Under the pieces are notes generated by a model. That model ran no database searches and was not told where the DNA came from. It worked only from the letters and a program-made list of their open reading frames with translations. A DNA stretch of 41,927 nucleotides, taken from an uncultured Alphaproteobacteria bacterium. Lineage in GTDB: Bacteria; Pseudomonadota; Alphaproteobacteria; Bin95. This document shows, piece by piece, positions 1 to 12,258 of this stretch (positions are counted from its first letter, which is position 1; each line of letters begins with the position of its first letter). Position numbers and translations under genes: made by a program. Location of the stretch: NCBI GenBank assembly GCA_938084065.1, contig CALKDI010000007.1, forward strand, positions 1 to 41,927, in the 5' to 3' direction.

Positions 1-146
1 AAGATCCCGCTTTTGCCACTGTCGTCGGACTAGTGCTGTTCGCGCAACGCCAAACATCGGGCCCCAACCCGTTTGGCAATGGCAGCAGCCGGGAAAGGAC
101 CGGAATGTTCTCGCGTATGAGCGGTTGGCTTCGAGGTGATCGATGA
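1..146 (+). CDS. ftsA: Cell division protein FtsA, 3' end (partial)
   Basis: Frame 3 reads [13 protein letters not shown]...[13 protein letters not shown] (TGA 144-146). This fits the FtsA C-terminal PxFAT(A/V)VGL motif and amphipathic helix, directly upstream of ftsZ. Confidence 0.85.
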   Translation, partial: DPAFATVVGLVLFAQRQTSGPNPFGNGSSRERTGMFSRMSGWLRGDR

Positions 147-252
147 TGGCAGCCCCTGCCCACCCCAAGCAATCGCGCACAACACCCGCCCGCAAAAGTC
201 CTATCCAAACGACAGCCAGCACCCACCATTTTTCAGCCCCGGAGACCACCCC

Positions 253-1875
253 ATGACCCTAGACCTCTCCTTGCCCGAACAGATCGACGATCTGAAGCCC
301 AATATCACTGTGATTGGCGTCGGAGGTGCCGGCGGCAATGCGGTCAACAACATGATCCGCAGTGGGCTAACCGGCGTCGAATTCATGGCGGCCAATACCG
401 ATAGTCAGGCGTTGCGCTTGAACCTGGCCGATCACAAGATCCAGCTGGGCCTGAACATCAGCCACGGTCTAGGTGCTGGCTCTCGTCCAGACATCGGCCG
501 CGCTGGCGCTGAAGAAGCGCTTGATGAGATCATGGCGCACCTCGAAGGCACGCATATGGTGTTCATCACCGCGGGCATGGGCGGCGGAACCGGAACCGGT
601 GCCGCTCCGGTGATCGCCCGTGCAGCGCGTGAGCACGGCATTTTAACCGTTGGCGTCGTGACCAAGCCCTTCCATTTTGAAGGCATGCACCGGATGCGCA
701 CGGCGGACGCCGGCATCGAAGAATTGTGGAGTTATGTCGACACTCTCATCGTCATCCCCAACCAAAACCTGTTCCGCATTGCCAACGAAAAGACAACGTT
801 TGCCGACGCCTTCCACGTCGCAGATGACGTGCTGCATTCCGGGGTGCGCGGTGTGACCGACCTGATGGTCAAGCCTGGCCTGATTAATCTGGATTTCGCC
901 GATATTCGCTCTGTTATGCGCGAAATGGGCCAAGCAATGATGGGCACAGGCGAGGCCTCTGGTGAGCGCCGGGCAGTTGAAGCAGCCGAAGCTGCCATCT
1001 CCAACCCACTGTTGGATGACGCATCGATGAAGGGCGCGCGCGGCGTGTTAATCAACATTACCGGCGGCGCCGATATGACCTTGTTTGAGGTTGACGAGGC
1101 CGCTAACCGCATTCGGGATGAAGTGGATCCGGAAGCCAATATTATCTTCGGCGCCACCTTCGATGAAAACGTAGAAGGTCTCATCCGCGTCAGCGTGGTC
1201 GCCACTGGCATCGAGAGCACCGGGATGGCGCTTGCTCCACGAGCGACGGCATCTTATGCGGCGCCGGAAACCAAACCAGTAGAAGTTGAAGCGCCACTAG
1301 CCCCCGCTGCCGAGACGGATGCTGCACCTGTCGAAACAACCGCTCCTATCGAGGCGGTTGTACAAGACGAACCGGCCAAGGACCTGGCCCAGCCATTGGA
1401 AGCGGCCCCACAGCCGCAAACTGATCCGTTGCCGCTAATGGCAGAAGCAGAGGCGAATGGGGCGGCAGAAGAGCCCGAAAAAGCACCTCGTTCCAGCCGT
1501 TGGTCGTTGTTTGGCAATGGCGAAAAATCAAAAGCAAAGCCTGCAAAGGCAGAGCCGTTTGTTGCAGCAAAACCTGCTCGCCCGCCGGAAGATGTAAGCG
1601 GCATGCCTCGCACCAACCTGGATAACCCAGTCCAGCAGCCCGAATCTTTGGACGAACCTGCAGCAAATAACGGTGGTGGATTCGCATCACTTTTCTCTCG
1701 CAAGCCCGCAGAAGCGCCAAAAATTCCACCGCAACGCCAGCCTATCGAGGACGAAAATGTCCTCGTATTGCCAAAGCAGCCTGTAGCCAAGCCTTCGCCT
1801 GCCCCGGCAGCGCCTCCCCAACAAAGCGAAGATGTGCTTGAAATACCAGCGTTTTTGCGACGCCAGGCACGCTAA
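253..1875 (+). CDS. ftsZ: Cell division protein FtsZ
   Basis: [13 protein letters not shown], tubulin signature GGGTGTG, NLDFAD, C-terminal [13 protein letters not shown] 253 follows GGAGA RBS. Long alphaproteobacterial linker. Confidence 0.98.
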   Translation: MTLDLSLPEQIDDLKPNITVIGVGGAGGNAVNNMIRSGLTGVEFMAANTDSQALRLNLADHKIQLGLNISHGLGAGSRPDIGRAGAEEALDEIMAHLEGTHMVFITAGMGGGTGTGAAPVIARAAREHGILTVGVVTKPFHFEGMHRMRTADAGIEELWSYVDTLIVIPNQNLFRIANEKTTFADAFHVADDVLHSGVRGVTDLMVKPGLINLDFADIRSVMREMGQAMMGTGEASGERRAVEAAEAAISNPLLDDASMKGARGVLINITGGADMTLFEVDEAANRIRDEVDPEANIIFGATFDENVEGLIRVSVVATGIESTGMALAPRATASYAAPETKPVEVEAPLAPAAETDAAPVETTAPIEAVVQDEPAKDLAQPLEAAPQPQTDPLPLMAEAEANGAAEEPEKAPRSSRWSLFGNGEKSKAKPAKAEPFVAAKPARPPEDVSGMPRTNLDNPVQQPESLDEPAANNGGGFASLFSRKPAEAPKIPPQRQPIEDENVLVLPKQPVAKPSPAPAAPPQQSEDVLEIPAFLRRQAR

Positions 1876-1895
1876 CCAAAACTCGAGATTGGATG

Positions 1896-1927
1896 AGGCC
1901 ATCGGTGTTCTGCCGGTGGCCTTTTCT
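1896..1927 (+). terminator. Rho-independent terminator after ftsZ
   Basis: AGGCCATCGG-loop-CCGGTGGCCT stem followed by TTTCT. Confidence 0.75.
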
Positions 1928-2284
1928 ATTTGCAATTGATTGATTCAAATCATTCTTTTCCCGCAACAAACCGTAACAAACCGTGACTTGTCGGCTAACT
2001 GCTTAGATCGTAGAGCAAGACCTAGTAGGAATACGTCACGATACTCCGAAACAGGGTTTGCCGTTGGCAGTCTGGATTGGGCAGTAACCAAACGTGGTTG
2101 TGATGTAGGCCGACTACAGCGGCGTCTTCGGAAGCAGTTGTAGCCAACACAGGATGTTGCGGGATTACAAACCAATCCATGCAGCAAGGGCGCAGCCCCA
2201 AGGGCAAAGACCATGGTAGACGGCCTGGCATTACAACAACGTACGTTTGTCGATAACGAAGCCTTTATCGCTTCGGACGACAGC

Positions 2285-3220
2285 ATGCAGAGCTTTTACT
2301 CGCAAACCGCGCCAGCATTTATGCCTGGGCAGCAGACAACCTTGCGTCAACAGGTTCGATGCTCTGGCATAGGTCTCCATTGTGGCCAATTGGTTAATTT
2401 GACTTTGAAACCGGCCCAGCCCAACACCGGACTTCGCTTCATGCGGACCGATTTGGACGAAGCCAGCGCTTGGATTGATGGGACCTGGGATAGTGTCAGC
2501 GAAACAACGCTGTGCACAACGATCAGCAATAGCGCCGGTGCTCACGTCGCGACGATTGAGCATTTGATGGCGGCATTGGCTGCCATGGGTGTCGACAACG
2601 TAATCATCGAACTGGACGCGCCGGAACCACCGGCCATGGATGGCAGCGCGGAACCGTTCATGTTCCTGATCGAGTGCGCTGGTGTGGTTTCTCTGCCAGC
2701 CCGGCGTGCGCTGTTGCGAATACTCAAACCTGTTCGGGTGACCGAAGGGGAGAAATTCGCGGCCCTGATCCCCGACAATGGCTGCAGCATGGATGTCGCT
2801 ATCGATTTTGAAAGTCCAGTCATCGGGCAACAGCGGATAGCGGTGAACCTGTCAGGAATTCGGTTCAAATCCGAACTTTCGCGAGCACGCACCTTTGGCT
2901 TTGCACACGAGGTCGCCTATTTGCAGAGCAAAGGATTGGCACGGGGCGGATCTTTGGATAACGCAGTGGTGATTCAGGACGACGCGGTCATCAATCCAGG
3001 CGGTTTGCGGTATGCTGATGAGTTCGTCCGCCACAAAGCGCTGGATGCCGTTGGCGACCTCTTCATAGCCGGCGGCCCGTTCTGGGGTCGCTATGTCGGC
3101 AACCAGGCTGGCCACAAGCTGAACAACCTGTTGGTGCGCGCCGTTATGGACGACCCGAGTGCCTATGAATGGACGACGGCTAACCTCACCACATTGCTAG
3201 CACCAAAGCTGGCAACCTAA
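2285..3220 (+). CDS. lpxC: UDP-3-O-acyl-N-acetylglucosamine deacetylase
   Basis: GIGLHCG, TIEHLMAAL, DGSA, ARTFGF, EFVRHKALDAVGDL Zn motif. Start uncertain (2213, 2285 or 2321). Confidence 0.96.
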   Translation: MQSFYSQTAPAFMPGQQTTLRQQVRCSGIGLHCGQLVNLTLKPAQPNTGLRFMRTDLDEASAWIDGTWDSVSETTLCTTISNSAGAHVATIEHLMAALAAMGVDNVIIELDAPEPPAMDGSAEPFMFLIECAGVVSLPARRALLRILKPVRVTEGEKFAALIPDNGCSMDVAIDFESPVIGQQRIAVNLSGIRFKSELSRARTFGFAHEVAYLQSKGLARGGSLDNAVVIQDDAVINPGGLRYADEFVRHKALDAVGDLFIAGGPFWGRYVGNQAGHKLNNLLVRAVMDDPSAYEWTTANLTTLLAPKLAT

Positions 3221-3330
3221 TAGCGCTATAATACGGGGCAGAGGTCTGCTGGGTCGTTGCTCAACCGGACGAATCCGGGCTACATAAGCGACGCGACGCT
3301 TGCTCCGCAGCTTAGGACTTTGAAAAAATC

Positions 3331-4878
3331 GTGTCCCACTGGCACTCTATAATCAGCGCCTCACGCGGCTGGTTGCGCATAGCGGCCGCCCTTGCCGTTG
3401 TGGCAACGCTTGCAACCGGATGCAGCAATACCGACAAACCGAAGTACGAAGAAAAGCCTGTTACAGACCTCTATAACAATGGCTTAGATTTTTTAGCTGA
3501 CGGAAACTATTTTAAAGCAGCTCGCGAGTTCGAAGAAGTCGAACGGCAGCACCCATTTTCAATTTGGGCACCTCGCGCTCAGATCATGGGTGCCTTTGCG
3601 CACTTTGAAGGCGACAAGTATGATGATGCCGTCATCAGTATCGACCGCTTTATTCAGCTACATCCCAACCATGTCGATGCGCCCTACGCCTATTACCTGA
3701 AATCGCTGGCGTATTATGAGCAAATCGTCGACGTAGATCGTGATCAGGCGACGACCGAAAAAGCGCTGCGCGCTCTGGATGAAGTGGTCCGTCGTTTTCC
3801 GGCTTCGGTTTATGCCCGTGACGCGCAGCTAAAGCGCGACCTGGCGTTCGACCACTTGGCCGGGAAGGATATGAGCATCGGTCGCTACTATCTGCGTAGT
3901 GGAAAGGCTGTGGCGGCTATCAACCGTTTCCGCCGGGTGCTGCGCCAGTATCAGACAACCAGTCACACTCCAGAGGCTCTGCATCGGTTGGTTGAGGCTT
4001 ATTCGGCTTTGGGCTTGGAAGACGAAGCGAAACGCACAGGTGCCGTGCTGGGGCACAATTTCCCTGGATCAACTTGGTATGCGGATAGTTATTACCTGCT
4101 GACCGGCGAACGTGTGGACGTTAAACCATCCTTCAGCCCCAGCGATTGGATTGATGATTCCTGGGATTACTTGTTCGTTCCAAAACACGCGATCGGCGTT
4201 GTCGATCTGGATGCTGAACCGAGCCGCAAGGACGACTTAACCACGCCGGTAACCGATACTGGGCCGACTGTTGCATCCTTGGGTGAGTTCAAGCCGGTTC
4301 CGAAAGACGGCGACAAAGCAAAAGCAGCACTAGCCGCCGCCCCATCGGCTGGAACTCCAGATTCGGCAGCCGCGACCGCGAGTGCCGCAAGTTCGGCCTC
4401 GCCGACTTTGCCGGAACCCGGTTCAGCAAAGGTGGTTGAGCAACCAACAGCAGTGGCGACGTCTAATAACACCGCCCTGAATGCTCAACTGACCTCCGCC
4501 GAAGGTCAGCAGTCTAGCGCTGCGGCGTCGGCTGTTGGTTGGCAGAAAGCCGCCGATGCTGCGACCGATCCAGCCACCCGCGAACGTGCATCGAAAAATG
4601 TGGAGATAGCCAACAGCGCCAGCACCTATTGGCAGGCCAGGGCGGACCTGTTGCGGTTGGCGGTCAATGATCCGACCAACGTCACAGCCAAACGTAGCCA
4701 GGAAGAACAGGTCGCCAAAACAGCTTTAACCTATTGGCGAACCATCGAAAAACACGGCGAATCCGAGACCGAGCGATCGGTTGCAGCAGCCAATGCTGCT
4801 GAGGCTGAGAAAGCGCTGGCTTACTGGAAAAGCCAGGGCCGAGGCTGGCTTGGCCGACTATTTCGCGGAAATCGGTAA
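3331..4878 (+). CDS. bamD: Outer membrane assembly lipoprotein BamD with long C-terminal extension
   Basis: Lipobox LATGC, TPR-type BamD motifs (FEEVERQHPFS, DRDQATT, AAINRF, PEALHRLVE, NFPGSTWY), position between lpxC and recN. Confidence 0.92.
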   Translation: MSHWHSIISASRGWLRIAAALAVVATLATGCSNTDKPKYEEKPVTDLYNNGLDFLADGNYFKAAREFEEVERQHPFSIWAPRAQIMGAFAHFEGDKYDDAVISIDRFIQLHPNHVDAPYAYYLKSLAYYEQIVDVDRDQATTEKALRALDEVVRRFPASVYARDAQLKRDLAFDHLAGKDMSIGRYYLRSGKAVAAINRFRRVLRQYQTTSHTPEALHRLVEAYSALGLEDEAKRTGAVLGHNFPGSTWYADSYYLLTGERVDVKPSFSPSDWIDDSWDYLFVPKHAIGVVDLDAEPSRKDDLTTPVTDTGPTVASLGEFKPVPKDGDKAKAALAAAPSAGTPDSAAATASAASSASPTLPEPGSAKVVEQPTAVATSNNTALNAQLTSAEGQQSSAAASAVGWQKAADAATDPATRERASKNVEIANSASTYWQARADLLRLAVNDPTNVTAKRSQEEQVAKTALTYWRTIEKHGESETERSVAAANAAEAEKALAYWKSQGRGWLGRLFRGNR

Positions 4879-4894
4879 GAGGTAGAATGAGGCC

Positions 4895-6592
4895 ATGCTA
4901 CGCCAGCTGGCCATTAAACGCGTTGCTCTGATCGACGATCTCACGCTGGAATTTACCGGCGGGCTGGGCGTATTGACCGGAGAAACCGGCGCAGGCAAAT
5001 CCATCCTGTTGGATTCGCTAGGACTTGTGCTCGGTGCGCGAGCTGACGCGGGGTTGGTCCAGGCTGGTGCTGACCGAGCCACGGTCAGCGCTGTTTTTTC
5101 AGAAGATGCCGTTGCTATCGCTTTGCCCTACCTGGAAGACGCAGGGCTGGAGCTGGAGCCTGGGGAAGATCGGCTGATCTTGCGTCGGGTCCTCTCTGCC
5201 GAGGGCCGAAGCCGAGCCTATATCAACGATCAGCCAATTTCCGCAGGCCTTCTGCGCCAAATCGGGTCGCGGTTGGTGGAGGTGCAGGGCCAGTTCGACT
5301 CCGGCGGCCTGACAGACCCTGCAGGCCATCGCGATCTACTGGATGCGTTCGGCGGACTGGCCAAGCAACGCGGGTCTGCGGCTGAGGCTTATCGGACCTG
5401 GCAAGACCTGGACAAATCGCTCAAGGCACAACAGGAGGCGCTAACCAGCTCACTAGGCGATGCAGATTGGCTACGCCATGCCCTGAGCGAGTTAGAGGAT
5501 GCCGGTCCGGAGGCTGACGAGGCCAGCAAACTGGCGGAGGAACGCCGCTTTCTGCAAGCTCAGGAGCGTATTCTGGAGGCTATCAAAGGCGCGCAGAATG
5601 CCGTCGCCGGTAAGAACGACGTGGCCGGCGCTCTCCGCACCGGCATGCGCACGCTGGAGCGGTCGGCAGACAAAGTCGGTGAGCGGTTCCAGCCTGCCAT
5701 CCTAGCGCTGGAGCGTGCTGCGATCGAGTTCGACGAGGCGTTAACAGCGCTGGATGAGCTGGCGCGGGACGTTGACCTAGATGGCTCACGACTAGATTTT
5801 GTCGAGACCCGCCTGTTCGCCCTGCGCGACCTCGCCCGCAAGCATCGCTGCGAGCCCGATCAACTGGCCGCTGTTCAAGAAAAGCTGGCAGAGAACCTGG
5901 AAGCACTCGAACGCGCTGATCAAGCATTGGAAGAAACGCACCAGGCGGTGGCGGAAGCGCGAGTGGCTTTCGAGACTGAAGCAGCGGCCCTTTCTAGCGC
6001 ACGCACCGAGGCCGGGGTCCGGTTGGATAAGGCTGTGGCCGGAGAGCTGGCGCCGCTGCGCTTGGAAAAAGCGGAATTCCGCACCGATATCGAAGAACTA
6101 CCCCCAGACCAATGGGGTGCCACTGGAGCAGACCGCGCGCGGTTCTCGGTGCGCACCAATCCCGGCATGCCCTATGGCCCGATTGAGCGCATAGCCAGTG
6201 GCGGCGAGCGAGCGCGGTTCCTGCTGGCATTGAAGGTGGTGCTGGCCGCGGCAGACCCTGTCGGCACGCTGGTGTTTGACGAGGTCGACGCCGGCATCGG
6301 CGGCGCGACGGCAGCAGCAGTCGGTGAGCGACTGGCACGCCTGGGTGATGACGTGCAGGTGCTGGTCGTGACCCACTCACCGCAAGTCGCGGCCCGCGGT
6401 GTCAAGCACATGCATGTGCGCAAGGCTGACGTTGATGGGCACACGCGGACCAATGTCTCAATCCTGGCCGATACCGAACGGCTGGAAGAAATTGCCCGCA
6501 TGCTGGCCGGCGAGATCGTGACCGAGGAGGCGCGGGCGGCAGCGGTTCAATTACTGTTGCCCGGTGGGGGAAGCGGCAAGACCGCGGCCTGA
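4895..6592 (+). CDS. recN: DNA repair protein RecN
   Basis: Walker A GETGAGKS, coiled coil, ASGGE signature, FDEVDAG, VTHSPQVAA. Confidence 0.97.
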   Translation: MLRQLAIKRVALIDDLTLEFTGGLGVLTGETGAGKSILLDSLGLVLGARADAGLVQAGADRATVSAVFSEDAVAIALPYLEDAGLELEPGEDRLILRRVLSAEGRSRAYINDQPISAGLLRQIGSRLVEVQGQFDSGGLTDPAGHRDLLDAFGGLAKQRGSAAEAYRTWQDLDKSLKAQQEALTSSLGDADWLRHALSELEDAGPEADEASKLAEERRFLQAQERILEAIKGAQNAVAGKNDVAGALRTGMRTLERSADKVGERFQPAILALERAAIEFDEALTALDELARDVDLDGSRLDFVETRLFALRDLARKHRCEPDQLAAVQEKLAENLEALERADQALEETHQAVAEARVAFETEAAALSSARTEAGVRLDKAVAGELAPLRLEKAEFRTDIEELPPDQWGATGADRARFSVRTNPGMPYGPIERIASGGERARFLLALKVVLAAADPVGTLVFDEVDAGIGGATAAAVGERLARLGDDVQVLVVTHSPQVAARGVKHMHVRKADVDGHTRTNVSILADTERLEEIARMLAGEIVTEEARAAAVQLLLPGGGSGKTAA

Positions 6593-6657
6593 CACCGGGC
6601 TTGCGCCGTTCCAGTAAGCGCGCGAGACTGGGCATCTACTAGCCAAGGAGAAAAACC

Positions 6658-7206
6658 ATGGTCGACCTCGACAAATTCGTTGCCGATTGCCGCGAGGCGC
6701 TGAAGACCCGTGACCCCGCCAGTGTGGTGGAAAAATTGGTTCAGGACGTCATTGCCGACCCAGCCGCGCTGGATGCCGCGTTTGCCGCCCGGATCACCGG
6801 CACGTCGCTGCAGGATCGGATGATCTGCAATGATGAAGAGCTAACCGTGGCCCAAATTGCCGCCCCGCCGGGCCTGCGCTCGCCAGTTCACAATCACTGC
6901 ATGTGGGCGGTGATCGGCGTTTATGATGGCCAGGAGCACAATCGTTTCTTCAGCGATGCCGGTGGCGAGCCGGAGCAGATTGGCGAGCAATTGCTCAAGG
7001 TCGGCGATATCTGCCGCCTAACTGCGGATACGATCCACGCCATCCACAATCCGCTGCCGACCCGCTCTGCCGCGATCCACGTCTATGGCGGCAATCTGGT
7101 GACTCGTGAGGGCCGCAGTGTCTGGAATCCGCACTCGAACGAGCGTGAGGATTACGAGATCAACCAGCTGTCGCGCTACACGAAAGAGCTCAGCGAACTG
7201 GCTTGA
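6658..7206 (+). CDS. Cysteine dioxygenase-like cupin metalloprotein
   Basis: SPVHNH...GQEHN, IHAIHNP and AIHVYGG cupin/CDO-type motifs. Strong AAGGAG RBS. Confidence 0.75.
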   Translation: MVDLDKFVADCREALKTRDPASVVEKLVQDVIADPAALDAAFAARITGTSLQDRMICNDEELTVAQIAAPPGLRSPVHNHCMWAVIGVYDGQEHNRFFSDAGGEPEQIGEQLLKVGDICRLTADTIHAIHNPLPTRSAAIHVYGGNLVTREGRSVWNPHSNEREDYEINQLSRYTKELSELA

Positions 7207-9339
<2,133 letters not shown>

Positions 9340-9344
9340 ACAGC

Positions 9345-10298
9345 ATGAGCGACCACCCTGTCGACCTGGCGATGATCCAAGCGGCTGCGCGCCGGATCGA
9401 AGGCAAGGTCCGCGAGACGCCGATGCTGGACCCTGCGCCAATGCGCGGGCCCGTGTTGGATGCCGGCCGGCTGTTGCTAAAGCTGGAATGCCTGCAGGTG
9501 ACCGGCAGCTTTAAAGCGCGCGGTGCCAGTAACAAACTTTCAACTCTGGACGCGGAGGCCAGGCAGCGCGGGCTGGTGACGGCGTCCGGCGGCAATCATG
9601 GTCTAGCTGTCGCCTATGCGGCGGCCAGTGCTGGCGTGCCTGCGGCGATATTCGTGCCAGAGAGCACGCCCGCGGCTAAGGTCAAAAAATTGCGCCAATG
9701 GGGGGCAGATGTCACCGTCCATGGCAAGGTTTGGGACGAGGCACAGGAGGCAGCTCTGGCGAAGCAACAGGCTTCTGGCCAGACTTACGTCCACCCCTTC
9801 GCCGACCCGGAGGTGATTGCCGGCCAAGGCACGCTAGCGGTTGAGATCCTGCGGCAGGTGCCACATGCGGATACTCTAGTGGTGGCCATTGGTGGCGGTG
9901 GCTTGATCGCTGGCGTTGCGACAGCTGCCAAGGCCATCCGGCCCGGCATCAAGATCATTGGCGTGGAGCCGACCGGCGCGCCAACGCTCTATGAAAGTAT
10001 GCGGGCCGGCGAATTGGTAACACTGGACGAGATCACAACCGTTTCAGGCTCTCTCGCCCCCCGCCGCTCCATGCCGATCAACCTGGAACTGATTGCCGCC
10101 CACGTCGACCGTATGGTGCTGGTGTCAGACGAGGAAATGCGCCAGGCCGCAGAATGGCTGTGGTTTGAAACCGGCGTAGCAGCTGAGCTAGCCGGTGCCG
10201 CGTCTCTAGCTGCCCTGATGACGGGCCGTCACCAGCCAGAGCCAGACGAAACCGTCGTGGCTATTATCTGCGGCGCAGGGGCAGACGGGCTGAGTTAA
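9345..10298 (+). CDS. PLP-dependent threonine/serine dehydratase family protein
   Basis: KLECLQVTGSFKARG, ASGGNHG, GQGT, IGGGGL. No C-terminal ACT domain. Confidence 0.9.
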   Translation: MSDHPVDLAMIQAAARRIEGKVRETPMLDPAPMRGPVLDAGRLLLKLECLQVTGSFKARGASNKLSTLDAEARQRGLVTASGGNHGLAVAYAAASAGVPAAIFVPESTPAAKVKKLRQWGADVTVHGKVWDEAQEAALAKQQASGQTYVHPFADPEVIAGQGTLAVEILRQVPHADTLVVAIGGGGLIAGVATAAKAIRPGIKIIGVEPTGAPTLYESMRAGELVTLDEITTVSGSLAPRRSMPINLELIAAHVDRMVLVSDEEMRQAAEWLWFETGVAAELAGAASLAALMTGRHQPEPDETVVAIICGAGADGLS

Positions 10299-10327
10299 AA
10301 CCCGGCAGGCCGTAAAAACAGCCGGGC

Positions 10328-10618
10328 CTATAGCGCAACCCGCGTCCCGCGGCTTTCCTCTGCTGATGGCATCGGCAATTCGATCTCGATCTCGAGGGTC
10401 GAGACATCATCGCCACGGTCCAACTTCACCACTGCCTTGTTCTGATCAACCGAGACGTAGCGGGCAATCACTTCCAGCAGCTCTTTTTGCAGACGGGGCA
10501 GGAAATCATCGCCATCCCGGCTGATACGCTCATGCGCCAGCACGATTTGTAGACGGTCGCGGGCCGCTGCTGCAGATGCAGCGGGACGTTTGGCGCGAAA
10601 GAAATTCAGCAGGCTCAT
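10328..10618 (-). CDS. minE: Cell division topological specificity factor MinE
   Basis: MSLLNFF amphipathic N-terminus, ARDRLQIVLAHER, overlaps minD stop. Confidence 0.95.
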   Translation of the reverse strand: MSLLNFFRAKRPAASAAAARDRLQIVLAHERISRDGDDFLPRLQKELLEVIARYVSVDQNKAVVKLDRGDDVSTLEIEIELPMPSAEESRGTRVAL

Positions 10619-11430
10619 GCGGCACCTCGGAACAAGCGGCTGAACAGGCCCTTTTTCTCGGCGACCATAAACCGATGGCTAATATCTTCACCTAGGAAGC
10701 GACCAACCGCATCAGAATAGGCTTTACCGGCGGTGGATTCTTCTTCGAGAATTACCGGAACACCCTGATTCGATGCCGACAGCACACTCTGGCTTTCCGG
10801 AATAATGCCAAGGAGTGGAATAGCCAGGATATCCTGGACGTCCTCGACCTTCAGCATTTCACCGCGTTCAACACGCCCTGCGTCGTAGCGGGTTAGCAGA
10901 AGCTGTTCCTTTACAGGAGTCCGCCCCTGCTCCGCCCGCTGCGAGCGGCTGGCCAGCACGCCCAGGATACGGTCGCTGTCACGGACGCTAGAGACTTCCG
11001 GGTTGGTGACCACAATAGCCTGGTCAGCAAAATACAAAGCCAACTGCGCGCCGCGCTCAATGCCAGCCGGGCTGTCGCAGACGATGTAGTCGAACATCTC
11101 CCGAAGTTCGTTCAGGATTTTTTCGACGCCATCCTGGGTCAGCGCGTCTTTGTCCCGCGTTTGTGATGCAGGCAGGATCGACAGGTTTTCGACCCGCTTA
11201 TCCCTAATCAGTGCTTGCTTGAGATTCGCTTCTCCCTGGATCACATTGATAATGTCGAACACCACCCGGCGTTCGCATCCCATGATCAGGTCCAAATTGC
11301 GCAGGCCGACATCGAAATCCACAACGACGGTCTTATGACCGCGCATGGCCAAGCCTGTGGCAAACGCAGCACTGGTCGTCGTCTTACCGACCCCGCCTTT
11401 GCCCGATGTTACGACGATGACTTCAGACAT
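10615..11430 (-). CDS. minD: Septum site-determining ATPase MinD
   Basis: GKGGVGKTT, DVGLRNLD, DSPAGIE, C-terminal membrane targeting sequence KKGLFSRLF. Confidence 0.97.
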   Translation of the reverse strand: MSEVIVVTSGKGGVGKTTTSAAFATGLAMRGHKTVVVDFDVGLRNLDLIMGCERRVVFDIINVIQGEANLKQALIRDKRVENLSILPASQTRDKDALTQDGVEKILNELREMFDYIVCDSPAGIERGAQLALYFADQAIVVTNPEVSSVRDSDRILGVLASRSQRAEQGRTPVKEQLLLTRYDAGRVERGEMLKVEDVQDILAIPLLGIIPESQSVLSASNQGVPVILEEESTAGKAYSDAVGRFLGEDISHRFMVAEKKGLFSRLFRGAA

Positions 11431-11472
11431 CGTGCGTTTCTCCTTAACCTCTGGTTTACGCTGCGGCCTGTC

Positions 11473-12258
11473 TCAACCGAGCGGGGTGAACCGCATTTCT
11501 TCGCCATTCAGGCTGATTTGCAGCCGCTGGCCGATCAAAGCTGGATCAACATCGTCTCGCACCCGGTACAGGCCTGCGATGGAGATCAACTCTGGATCGA
11601 AATTCAGGGCGAAGATTCTGGCTTCGTCAAAGCCAGAAGCGCCCGCAATGGCGCGACCGCGCAACGCGCCGTACACATGTACATGGCCATCGGCGATGAT
11701 TTCCGCACCAGCGTTGACGGTTGCGGTGCAAATAATGTCCCGCCCCTGTGCATAAATGCGATTGCCGGCGCGTACCGGAGTGGTGACCAGCAGCGCGGGT
11801 TGCGGTTCAACCGCAGCCGATTCGGCTTTGCCTTGGCCAGATTCAGGCTCCGCTACTGCAGCAATGGGTTCAGCAACGGTCAGCTCGGGCACCGCCGGCT
11901 CAATTTCTTCCGACACCTGCGCAGTCTTTGGCTTGAAAAGCTGCTGGCCTTTGTTCAGCTGCGAAAGGCCTGCAGCAGCTGCAGCCTGCCGCAAGCTGCC
12001 GGTCCCGCCAGTTGTCCCGACTGGAACCAACCGCAGGCTACGCAATCCTTGTGCCAAACCGGCAAAATCAGGCTGGCTACCATTTGCCGGCAGATCATCA
12101 AGCCCCAGTACTATCGGTGAATCCCGCAGAAAAGCTGGCGATTGCTGGATCAACCGCTCCAATGCTGGAACGACGATCTCTGGCGCGCCATCGCGAAGCT
12201 GCAGCACCACCATATTAAAATTGGTACCGCGGATAGCGAAAGGTTGAGGAGGCGCCAT
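11473..12258 (-). CDS. minC: Septum site-determining protein MinC
   Basis: PVRAGNRIYA, GAEIIADGHVHVYGALRGRAIAG, ELISIAG beta-helix. Start placed at MAPPQPF. Confidence 0.93.
   Translation of the reverse strand: MAPPQPFAIRGTNFNMVVLQLRDGAPEIVVPALERLIQQSPAFLRDSPIVLGLDDLPANGSQPDFAGLAQGLRSLRLVPVGTTGGTGSLRQAAAAAGLSQLNKGQQLFKPKTAQVSEEIEPAVPELTVAEPIAAVAEPESGQGKAESAAVEPQPALLVTTPVRAGNRIYAQGRDIICTATVNAGAEIIADGHVHVYGALRGRAIAGASGFDEARIFALNFDPELISIAGLYRVRDDVDPALIGQRLQISLNGEEMRFTPLG

Noticed and set aside
136-252. 39-aa N-terminal extension of FtsZ from the GTG at 136
   Set aside because: Overlaps the ftsA stop. ATG 253 has a good RBS and gives a normal N-terminus.
1240-1830. Long Pro/Ala/Glu-rich FtsZ linker as a novelty
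   Set aside because: Long linkers are normal for alphaproteobacterial FtsZ.
2114-2143. SRP (4.5S) RNA, suggested by GGAAGCAG
   Set aside because: Lacks the CAGG...GNRA helix-8 signature (loop is UUCG). Kept only as an unassigned structure.
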